Source: a virus. From it: 40,843 bases of DNA. The DNA is taken from positions 1 to 40,843 of IMG/VR virus record IMGVR_UViG_3300005467_000022. One strand, given 5' to 3'. The translations under genes and the position numbers were made by a program. Positions 15,781-22,957 of the stretch are shown here, piece by piece. The notes below the pieces were generated by a model, which worked only from the letters and a program-made list of their open reading frames with translations, had not been told where the DNA came from and searched no databases. The stretch's first letter is position 1, and each line of letters begins with the position of its first letter.

Positions 15781-17554
15781 GGACCACCGTCCCCAGGTGA
15801 GCTTCCAGCAACGGGCGGCTGTGGGGCTGCCGTGACTCGATGCACCGGCTCACGTAGTAGCGCAGCGCCCGGGACAGCCCCTCACGGTCCAGCCCGAAGG
15901 TGTCTGCCACCAGGTCGGTGAACTGGAACGATCCGTCCAGCAACTCGTCCGACCGTCCGGCTGCCGGGATGTAGGTGTGCAGCTCGAACTTGGGCATGTC
16001 CCGAACCACCGGGTTGCCCCGGTACTCCCGGCTGAGCAGACGCCCGCCCGCGCGCGAGAGGGCGTCGTACACCACCAGCTCGGCCGCCGCCGTGAGCCCG
16101 GCGTCCGGCTCGGGCTGCGCCTGCCGCTCCGGGATCGCACGCGGGGACACCTCCGGCGCCGCCTCGGGCTGCGCCACGGCGCCGGACCCGGTGGGCACCG
16201 ACGGCTCGAAGCCCAGCTCGGCCGCCACCGACGGGTTCTCCAGGAGCGTCGGCGCGCCCGTCACCAGGATGCGCGCGAGCTGCCTGCGCTCCTCTTCATG
16301 AGTGGGGATCGCGTCGTCGGGGATGCCGAACTTCGCCCGGGTGTAGTCGGCGCTGATGAGGTTCTCGCCCCACAGCCACTTGGTGTCTTCGGAGTCGTCC
16401 GGCCTGGCGATGACCTCGCTGACATCCCAGTTGAGTAGGTAGCGCTCGGGGTTCGCCACCTCCATCGCTGCCAGGGTCTCCTGGAAGTACTCGGAGACCA
16501 GGATCATGCCCAGCTTGAGGAGCAGCGGTTCCAGGTGGATCTTGTAGGTGCCCTCCTCGATCTGCCAGGCGGACCAGTGGTTGGCGTCCGACATCTGCCC
16601 GAGCGCGATCTCGCGGGGCATGTCCAGGGTCCGGCCGAGCCGGGTGAAGGCGTTCTCGCGCAGCTCCGGCACCGTGCCGTCGAGCTGGGTCGAGAGGTCG
16701 ACGTGGCCGTTGGCCAGGGCCGAGATCAGCTCGGCGGGCACCTGCGCCATCAGCGGGACCTGGGCGGCGGCGGTGCCCGGGTTGGCCAGGGACGCCTCGG
16801 CCGCCTCCATCAGCAGCCGCATGAACGAGGTGGCGTCTGCCTGCTCACCCTCAGCGGTGGGGAACTCCAGCTCCTGGGGCAGGAAGAACAGGCCGTTGCC
16901 CGCGATGCGCGAGTCCAGGCGCGCAGCGATGTTCTGCGACGCCTTCTCGATCTCGGCACAGATCGGGATCGCCGCCCGCATCGCACAGTCGGCGTGGGTC
17001 TGCTCGTCCGGGTGCGGCTCCCAGGCGCGCAGCACCCGGTCCCGGGTCCCGAACTTGGTCCACGCCCCGGTCAGCGGGTCCTTGTACGACCACGAACCCC
17101 CCTGCATCCGCAGGGAGTTGCGGGTGACCGCCTCCCACCGGTCCGCCTTCCCGGTGCCCTGGGGCAGGATCAGGATGTAGCTCTCGCCGCAGACCTGGGA
17201 CTGGAGCGTGATCAGGGACAGCAGCCGGGGCAGGTTGCGCGGGCCGCCCAGCACCGTGGCCGCCGCCGCCTGGACCCGGGGGTCGTCGGTGGGGCCTGCT
17301 GTCTGGCCCGTCTCCGGGTCCGTCTCCACCGCCTGGAGCACCGAGCGGGACGCCGCCTTGGCCAGCCACTGGAAGGCGAACCTCAGTTCCCCGATCGCGT
17401 CGTAGTAGTACCAGCCCTGTTTCTGCCACTGGACGTCCGAGGCGGAGCTGTCCCACGCCTGCCTGCCCTCGGGCCCGGTGAGCGGCAGGGCTGCGGCCAG
17501 CATGGTGCGCGCCTGCGGGGACGGGTCCTTGTCCCGCCTGCGGAAGATCGCCAC
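15764..17554 (-). CDS. Portal protein (596 aa)
   Basis: Size and position fit a portal: it lies between the terminase and MuF genes. The GTG start shares one nt with the upstream TAG. Confidence 0.8.
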   Translation of the reverse strand: MAIFRRRDKDPSPQARTMLAAALPLTGPEGRQAWDSSASDVQWQKQGWYYYDAIGELRFAFQWLAKAASRSVLQAVETDPETGQTAGPTDDPRVQAAAATVLGGPRNLPRLLSLITLQSQVCGESYILILPQGTGKADRWEAVTRNSLRMQGGSWSYKDPLTGAWTKFGTRDRVLRAWEPHPDEQTHADCAMRAAIPICAEIEKASQNIAARLDSRIAGNGLFFLPQELEFPTAEGEQADATSFMRLLMEAAEASLANPGTAAAQVPLMAQVPAELISALANGHVDLSTQLDGTVPELRENAFTRLGRTLDMPREIALGQMSDANHWSAWQIEEGTYKIHLEPLLLKLGMILVSEYFQETLAAMEVANPERYLLNWDVSEVIARPDDSEDTKWLWGENLISADYTRAKFGIPDDAIPTHEEERRQLARILVTGAPTLLENPSVAAELGFEPSVPTGSGAVAQPEAAPEVSPRAIPERQAQPEPDAGLTAAAELVVYDALSRAGGRLLSREYRGNPVVRDMPKFELHTYIPAAGRSDELLDGSFQFTDLVADTFGLDREGLSRALRYYVSRCIESRQPHSRPLLEAHLGTVVRVDAA

Positions 17555-17847
17555 TAGTCACCAGCTTCCCGGGATGCCAGTGCTCCCGTCACGTGCGATG
17601 CGGCCAGCGCGAGAACGGTGGCCTGGTACCACATCGTCGCACCCCACATGTACCAGAGCGCCCCGCCCGCCAGACCCACGTACACGCTCATGCACCACGG
17701 GCAGAGCAGGAGGTAGGCGGACATGGACTCGTCCCGGCCCCGCAGCAGCTTCCGTACAGCCCAGTTACGGGGGCGCTCGGTGACGTAGTCCGAGGTGATC
17801 AGCCGGGTCACACGGGCGACCGCGAGAACGGTGAGAACGAAGATCAT
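17554..17847 (-). CDS. DUF1360-like membrane protein (97 aa)
   Basis: It has hydrophobic segments and the motifs ARVTRLITSDYVTERPR and LLCPWCMSVYVG. The ATGA junction overlaps the TerL stop. Confidence 0.55.
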   Translation of the reverse strand: MIFVLTVLAVARVTRLITSDYVTERPRNWAVRKLLRGRDESMSAYLLLCPWCMSVYVGLAGGALWYMWGATMWYQATVLALAASHVTGALASREAGD

Positions 17848-20174
17848 GCGCTGCGCCTCCTCAGGCGGTCGAAGGGATGGCCCCCGATGGCCCGGCCGAG
17901 CCCGGCCGCATGGGGGGACACGACGGTGCCGCGCCCCTTCTCCCGGCGCAGGAGGTGGGTCACCGCGTGGACGAGGGCGTCGACGCGGTCCGGTGACTCG
18001 TTCGGCGTCTCGTGCGGGTCCCAGGACGTTAGCTGAAGCTCAAGCCCGTCGAGCCTGCCGACGTGGAAAATCTTGCCCTGTTCGTACCGCATGGCCACGG
18101 GCTGCGCCCGCAGCACCTTGCCGTGCTGCGCCGTGACCTTGCGCAGCATGCGGTAGGGGGTCGGTACCACCGCCACCGGTTCTTCATCCTCCTCTCTCTG
18201 CATGTTGTGCTGAAGGGCTTCCCACTCCGACCGTTTCGCGTCCTCTTCCGTACGCAGCCGGAGACGCTGCTCCGCATCGAGTTCGTGATGGTCGGCGTAG
18301 GCATCGATCAAGCCGTCGCGCAGCCACTGCTTGCCGAAGTTGTCCTCGTAGACGAGCAGCGAGGCGCCGTGGTCGTACAGCGCCTTCCAGGCTGTGAGGC
18401 CGGTCTCGCGTGCCGACATCTGCCTGGACAGGTCGGCGAGTACGTACACATGCTGGTCCTCGGCGCCACGCCCCACGACCACGATTCCGGCCTCGTCACC
18501 GGTCCCGGTGCCGGCCGGGTCCACGCCCACCACCACGAGGTCCAGCTCGGGCGCCGCGTCGACGTGGTGGATGTGCTTGCGCTGGACCAGCGCGCCGGGC
18601 AGGTCTTCCAGGATCTCGGCGTCCAGCTCCTGGCGCCCCAGCGTGGTGCCCGCGTACCGGTCCAGGACCGAGCGCCTGAACACGGGCGCGAGGTTGTGAA
18701 GGTTGTCGTAAGTCGAGCCCCGCACCACGGCGAACCGCTCATCCTTGACCGCCTCGCGGACCAGGGGCAACGGCCGGGGCGTGGTGGTGATGCAGCCCCG
18801 CGGGTGCTCACCCAGGCGCAGGCCCATGAGGGCCATGTCCCAGGTCTGCTGGAGGTAGCGCCACGCCGCCCACTCGTCGCAGTTGTGCACGACGACGCCC
18901 CCGGCCACGAACTCGCCGTGGCCGGGGACGCCGATGTCATAGACGTCAGCCCTGCGGAGGAGCCGCGAGACGCTGACGACGCGCTCGGGCCGCGCACCGC
19001 TGAGTGCAGTACTTGGCCCGCTGTCCTGTGGAGAGGTAAGTCCCCCCACAGTGAGCACAGACGACCGGGCGTGCCTCACGGGACTGCCAGGACTGCTTGG
19101 AGACAGCCGACCGGTCGATGTGGGCGTACAGCCCCCGGGCGTGGTTGTCCTTGCAGTGGTAACTGTTGTGCTCTGCGTGGGAGAGCATCCGCAGGTTGCC
19201 GAGCTGGTTGTTGGCCTTGTCGTGGTCGGCATGGTGGATGACGTACCCGGCCGGGATCTCTCCGTGGGCCGCGATCCACACGTGCCGGTGCAGCAGCCAG
19301 CCCCCGCTGTCCCGGTAGTGCCCTGCCTGTTGCCGGTAGTACCGTCGCTCGCGCCACTCGATCCACGCGGGGGGTGTGCCGGGGCCGTCTGTGAGTTCCA
19401 TACCTGGATGGTATCGCCACACTCGATGAAGCGTGCTTCAACCCAACCTGTGTCGGTGGATGCGATGCGGTGTTCGGGGGTGCATACGACACGCGCCCCC
19501 GACTCCGTGACGATCTCCATCAACTCTGCGTCACGCTTCGTCCGGAACGACCCGGAACAACGGCCCCACCCTGTGCGGGTCGCCAGTAGATCCTGGTCCG
19601 TGACGTCCTCGATCGGCACCCATCCCCGGGCAGTGAGGATCGGCTCCCCCTCTGCGATGCACCACAGGTAGTGGTGCTGGGGTCCGCGCAGGCGCTCCGG
19701 CTCCTCGGCCGAGTAGCAGTACAGCGCCGACCCGTTGGGGAACTCGACCTTGCGCTTGGACGGGTGATAGACCGGCCGGAACGAGGGGCGGGCACAGGCC
19801 AGGATGCCTGACTCGCCCTCGATCATGGTGTCGCGCACGTCGGCGGCGGTGGGCCCGATGAGCGCCCCGCGCTCCAGGGTCTTCGCCTGGCGGATGACCC
19901 ACTCGGCGCCGGTCCGGGTCTTGCCGAAGCCACGCCCCGCGAGCAGGAGCCAGAAGTCCCAGTCGTCCCCGGCCGGCGCCCGCTGGACCGACCGCGCATG
20001 CTCGTTGCGACGCCCCTTGTGCGGGCGGCCGTCACAGTCCTCGCGGTCACAGAGCCACGGGCCGCGCCCGGTCTCGCGCTCCTGGGCCAGGGACTGGAGT
20101 CCGGCCAGCAGCTCCTGTTTCTTGTCGACGGGCCAGTGCTCCCAGCCCCGGGGGAGGGCCGGGGCGGCGGTCAT
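17844..20174 (-). CDS. terL: Terminase large subunit interrupted by a 260-codon intein
   Basis: Walker A is LLLAGRGFGKTRTG. The single 776-codon ORF has a Walker B-type LWCDE that is split as ...HHYLW / CIAEGE...VVVHN / CDEWAAW. Confidence 0.9.
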   Translation of the reverse strand: MTAAPALPRGWEHWPVDKKQELLAGLQSLAQERETGRGPWLCDREDCDGRPHKGRRNEHARSVQRAPAGDDWDFWLLLAGRGFGKTRTGAEWVIRQAKTLERGALIGPTAADVRDTMIEGESGILACARPSFRPVYHPSKRKVEFPNGSALYCYSAEEPERLRGPQHHYLWCIAEGEPILTARGWVPIEDVTDQDLLATRTGWGRCSGSFRTKRDAELMEIVTESGARVVCTPEHRIASTDTGWVEARFIECGDTIQVWNSQTAPAHPPRGSSGASDGTTGNRQGTTGTAGAGCCTGTCGSRPTERSRPGTSSTMPTTTRPTTSSATCGCSPTQSTTVTTARTTTPGGCTPTSTGRLSPSSPGSPVRHARSSVLTVGGLTSPQDSGPSTALSGARPERVVSVSRLLRRADVYDIGVPGHGEFVAGGVVVHNCDEWAAWRYLQQTWDMALMGLRLGEHPRGCITTTPRPLPLVREAVKDERFAVVRGSTYDNLHNLAPVFRRSVLDRYAGTTLGRQELDAEILEDLPGALVQRKHIHHVDAAPELDLVVVGVDPAGTGTGDEAGIVVVGRGAEDQHVYVLADLSRQMSARETGLTAWKALYDHGASLLVYEDNFGKQWLRDGLIDAYADHHELDAEQRLRLRTEEDAKRSEWEALQHNMQREEDEEPVAVVPTPYRMLRKVTAQHGKVLRAQPVAMRYEQGKIFHVGRLDGLELQLTSWDPHETPNESPDRVDALVHAVTHLLRREKGRGTVVSPHAAGLGRAIGGHPFDRLRRRSA
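18882..19661 (-). mobile_element. Class-1-type intein in TerL (Cys1 ... His-Asn / Cys+1)
   Basis: Block A is CIAEGEPILT, block B is VVCTPEHRI (TxxH), and blocks F/G are ADVYDIGVPGHGEFVAGGVVVHN followed by Cys. Removing the element gives a contiguous ...GPQHHYLWCDEWAAWRY. Confidence 0.8.
18946..19422 (-). CDS. HNH endonuclease ORF nested in the intein linker, in the -1 frame relative to TerL (GTG 19422 or ATG 19401)
   Basis: The HNH core is LLHRHVWIAAHGEIPAGYVIHHADHDKANNQLGNLRMLSHAEHNSYH, with a zinc-ribbon-like CAHCGG...YCTQRC. This frame has high third-position G+C, whereas the TerL frame over the same interval is T/S/G/P/C low complexity. Confidence 0.75.
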   Translation of the reverse strand: MWRYHPGMELTDGPGTPPAWIEWRERRYYRQQAGHYRDSGGWLLHRHVWIAAHGEIPAGYVIHHADHDKANNQLGNLRMLSHAEHNSYHCKDNHARGLYAHIDRSAVSKQSWQSREARPVVCAHCGGTYLSTGQRAKYCTQRCAARARRQRLAAPPQG

Positions 20175-20644
20175 TCGTCCGCGCCCAGCTTCTGGAGCAG
20201 GTTCACGATCGCCTCGTTGATCGCCTCGGCCTTGGTGTCCTTGGGTTTGCTCAGCTCGGCGGCGAACTGATGGCTCTGCCGGGCCGCACCCATGGCGGTG
20301 CTGAACCGCATCGACGGGTCAGCGCCCTCGGGAAGCATGTCGAGATTCTTCTCCAGCCGGTCCGCGAGCTTGGTCGCCAGACGACTGTGCTGGGCCGCGA
20401 TCTTGCGGGCCATGTCCTCGTACGCCTCTTCAGTCTTGAGGCTCGGCATCGAGTCCCAGGCCCGTGCCCGCTCGACCCAGTTCCACTGGGCGCCCCAGCG
20501 TTTCATGAGTGGTACGGATTTGGACAACACTTCAGAGGCCCGCTGGAGACTACGGTCCGAACCCAGCTCCAGATACACCTTGAACGCCTCGTACGCTTTG
20601 CTCGACTCGCCGGTCTGGCGCTCCCATGGCTTGATCCCGGCCAC
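20171..20644 (-). CDS. terS: Terminase small subunit (157 aa)
   Basis: It lies immediately upstream of TerL with an ATGA overlap. The N-terminal ESSKAYEAFKVYLELGSDRSLQRASE is an HTH-like motif typical of small terminases. Confidence 0.6.
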   Translation of the reverse strand: MAGIKPWERQTGESSKAYEAFKVYLELGSDRSLQRASEVLSKSVPLMKRWGAQWNWVERARAWDSMPSLKTEEAYEDMARKIAAQHSRLATKLADRLEKNLDMLPEGADPSMRFSTAMGAARQSHQFAAELSKPKDTKAEAINEAIVNLLQKLGADE

Positions 20645-20647
20645 GCG

Positions 20648-20905
20648 TCACCCCTTCCCGAAAGCCGCATACACGGACACGGCGACCGCCGCCACCCCCA
20701 TGGTGCCCGAGGTGACCGCCAGAGGGAAACGGCGCTCCTCCAGGGCCTTGACCCGGTTCGTGACGTCGAGCACATCCTCGGCGGTGCGGGACTGCGCCTG
20801 CGCCACCAGGTTGATGTCCCCGCGCACGGCCGCGATGCCGGTGTCCATCTTGCCCGACAGGGACTCGACCGCGACCGCGAGACGGTGAAGGTCCGGGTCG
20901 CTCAT
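20648..20905 (-). CDS. Lysis-associated membrane protein with XhlA-like architecture (85 aa)
   Basis: An ATGA overlap links it to the amidase stop. It has an N-terminal coiled-coil-like region and a single C-terminal TM segment (GTMGVAAVAVSVYAAF). Confidence 0.4.
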   Translation of the reverse strand: MSDPDLHRLAVAVESLSGKMDTGIAAVRGDINLVAQAQSRTAEDVLDVTNRVKALEERRFPLAVTSGTMGVAAVAVSVYAAFGKG

Positions 20906-21648
20906 CCCTTGAACCCCAGTGTCCGGGCCCAGTTCACCAGCTCGTTGATCCACTGGTCAGCCGTCTTCGTGACCGGGGGCTGTGGAGTGGGCGGCTTCCA
21001 GAACACCGGATGCTTGAGCCGCTCCGCCACATGCATGCGGAACAGGTTTCCGGTGAAGGTGAACCGATCGGCCGTCCCGTACCCGTCGACTGGTCCGAGG
21101 GGATCGATCTTCCCCTCCACCGAGGTCTCCTTGTGCATGCCGCACGACTCGGCGGACCACGTGAACTCACGGCAGAAGGCGGCGTTGATGCGGACCCACG
21201 CGTCGTACTGGACCCGGGGGTAGGACTGCTTGCCGTCGCCCCTGTTCTCGGTCTCGATGCCGTACGAGACGTCGTTGCCGTCGACCGTGCCCGAGGACTT
21301 GAGCGGAGCCGGGTGGGATGCCTTCTCGTCCAGGAAGGACTCGTACGCGTTCACGGCCATGGCCCCGGCGTGGTTGGCACGCCCGGCGCTGCACATCCAG
21401 GCGACCCCGTCACGGGCCAGGTAGATGTGCGCGAGGGGTGGGGGCAGGTCACGCGCCCCGTTCTTCGCGACCACGTCCAGGTCGCCGTTGCCCGCCGTGT
21501 GGTGGTTGAGGACCATGTGGACCGGCCCGAAGGTCTTGCCGGTCGCCTCGTCACGACTGCGTGTGCGCCAGCCCGGGTACTCCCGGACGGTGACGCCCTC
21601 GGCCTTCAGGATCTGTATCAGCCGGTCGGGGCTGAGGGGTTCGGCCAT
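20902..21648 (-). CDS. Endolysin, N-acetylmuramoyl-L-alanine amidase (PGRP/Amidase_2 type, 248 aa)
   Basis: The motifs VLNHHTAG, AGRANHAG, YGIETEN and CGMHKE are characteristic of the family. Confidence 0.8.
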   Translation of the reverse strand: MAEPLSPDRLIQILKAEGVTVREYPGWRTRSRDEATGKTFGPVHMVLNHHTAGNGDLDVVAKNGARDLPPPLAHIYLARDGVAWMCSAGRANHAGAMAVNAYESFLDEKASHPAPLKSSGTVDGNDVSYGIETENRGDGKQSYPRVQYDAWVRINAAFCREFTWSAESCGMHKETSVEGKIDPLGPVDGYGTADRFTFTGNLFRMHVAERLKHPVFWKPPTPQPPVTKTADQWINELVNWARTLGFKG

Positions 21649-21684
21649 GATCGCTCCCGTCGTCGGACCCCAGGATATGCCACG

Positions 21685-21711
21685 GCCCCCTGTCCATGAC
21701 AGACAGGGGGC
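21685..21711 (-). terminator. 10-bp hairpin after the 70-aa membrane gene
   Basis: GCCCCCTGTC pairs with GACAGGGGGC across a 7-nt loop. Confidence 0.55.
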
Positions 21712-21750
21712 GATGACCGACGACCCGGGGGGAACCGAATCGCCTGGAGT

Positions 21751-21963
21751 CTAGCGGGGCGTCCACATCCCCGTCTCCGGGTCGTAGTACCAGCCGGGCG
21801 CCTGGGGCAAGTGCGCCGGGGGTCCGGAGTGGGTGATGGTCTCCCGGCGTCCGGCGATGGCGGCGGGGATCCAGACGAAGGCCCACAGCCCGCACGTCAG
21901 CAGCGTCAGAACCGCGTGCAGCGCGTGGTTGCAGGGCCTCTTCACCGTGGTCGTGTACGTCAT
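21751..21963 (-). CDS. Small membrane protein (70 aa)
   Basis: It has a CNHALHAVLTLLTCGLWAFVWIPAAI TM hairpin and a C-terminal GWYYDPETGMWTP. It has its own motif promoter upstream and its own terminator downstream. Confidence 0.55.
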   Translation of the reverse strand: MTYTTTVKRPCNHALHAVLTLLTCGLWAFVWIPAAIAGRRETITHSGPPAHLPQAPGWYYDPETGMWTPR

Positions 21964-21994
21964 CGTGTCTCCCCTTGCGGCCGTCGTTTACCGG

Positions 21995-22014
21995 TCTCCA
22001 CTATGGACAGCTTC
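21995..22014 (-). promoter_or_regulatory. Conserved motif copy (minus orientation): GAAGCTGTCCATAGTGGAGAC
   Basis: It shares the 16-nt TGTCCATAGTGGAGAC exactly with 34657..34672. It overlaps the resolvase stop codon and ends 31 nt upstream of ATG 21963. Confidence 0.5.
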
Positions 22015-22393
22015 AGGTTCCGCTGTCAACCTCCGTGTCCCAGACGGTCCAGTCCTTCGGGCCGGGCCCCGCGATGATCCGCCAGTTCAGGACGGCAGGC
22101 CGGGAGCCGCTTCCGGGTACCACACACACCGACACAGCGTTCACCCCGACCCCGTACCCGCCGATCCGGCCGGACACCCGCAGCAGCTCCCGGCGCTCGG
22201 CCGGGGCCGGGTACACATCCGGTCTGCCGTGCGTGCCCAGCTTCACCTGGACCAAGAGCACACGCCGGTCGCCGACCGCGACCAGGTCGGCGCAGCCCTT
22301 GGAGGCGGCCGAGCGGATCACGTCGTAGCCCAGCTCCCCGAGCCGGTCGCGTACCAGATTCTCCGCGCGTGCCCCGCGCCGGGCCTGGTTCAC
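22013..22393 (-). CDS. Holliday junction resolvase, archaeal Hjc-like PD-(D/E)XK nuclease (126 aa)
   Basis: The GTG start overlaps the upstream TGA (GTGA). The motifs are ARAENLVRDRLGELGYDVIRSAASKGCADLVAV and LLVQVK. Confidence 0.6.
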   Translation of the reverse strand: MNQARRGARAENLVRDRLGELGYDVIRSAASKGCADLVAVGDRRVLLVQVKLGTHGRPDVYPAPAERRELLRVSGRIGGYGVGVNAVSVCVVPGSGSRPAVLNWRIIAGPGPKDWTVWDTEVDSGT

Positions 22394-22719
22394 TCCTCGT
22401 CCTCCCAATCCTCGAACGCCTCTCCGTAGCCCTCCCAGTTGTCGACCCCGGCCGCCTCCAGGGCGGTCAGCTCCCGGTCCCGCTTCTTCAGATACGTGTA
22501 CTCCCCGGGATCGGCCACCGGCCGCGCCTCGCGCATGACCTCGGCGGGCACGATCACGGCCGCCTCGTCCGGCCCGACGGACAGACCGAGTTCCTCCGCG
22601 ACCGTCCGGGCCCACTGCTCCGAGGTGATCACCTTGCCGATGACGAGGAAGTCACCGCTCTCCAGCTCCTTCACGGCCGGGCACGAGTTCTCATGCAGGC
22701 ACTGCGAGGTCTTCTCCAT
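22390..22719 (-). CDS. Hypothetical acidic protein (109 aa)
   Basis: The C-terminal half carries ALEAAGVDNWEGYGEAFEDWEDEE, a motif I recall from many phage proteins of unknown function. Confidence 0.5.
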   Translation of the reverse strand: MEKTSQCLHENSCPAVKELESGDFLVIGKVITSEQWARTVAEELGLSVGPDEAAVIVPAEVMREARPVADPGEYTYLKKRDRELTALEAAGVDNWEGYGEAFEDWEDEE

Positions 22720-22729
22720 GGCTGGCTCC

Positions 22730-22927
22730 TCAGAATCCGTCGGGCGGCTGCGGGGTGAACGGCGGGTCCTGGAAGGCGCTGGTGACGAACAGGTACACCA
22801 CAGCGCCGCCCCCGTCCGCCGCGAGGCACCCCTCCAGGGTCTGCCTGATACCGTCCTTGAGCTCCTGCGGCGTACGCGGATCGTCGTCCGGCCACGTCAG
22901 CTCGGTGATCATCTGGATACGTTTCAC
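22730..22927 (-). CDS. Hypothetical protein (65 aa)
   Basis: The ORF lies in the operon immediately downstream of PolA and has coding-like third-position G+C. Confidence 0.45.
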   Translation of the reverse strand: MKRIQMITELTWPDDDPRTPQELKDGIRQTLEGCLAADGGGAVVYLFVTSAFQDPPFTPQPPDGF

Positions 22928-22957
22928 GGGTTCCCCTTCTGTGTCGTGGTCATGCTG

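Noticed and set aside
18946-19422. Treating the nested HNH ORF as just another high-G+C shadow ORF.
   Set aside because: Unlike shadow ORFs, it has a complete HNH catalytic motif plus a zinc ribbon, and it has the better third-position G+C of the two overlapping frames. It also sits exactly where intein endonuclease domains reside.
20505-20530. A motif-like sequence, CTGAAGTGTTGTCCAAATCC (minus strand), inside terS.
   Set aside because: It has a 2-nt insertion relative to the consensus and lies within a coding sequence where it encodes SEVLSKS. I treat it as a chance or vestigial match.
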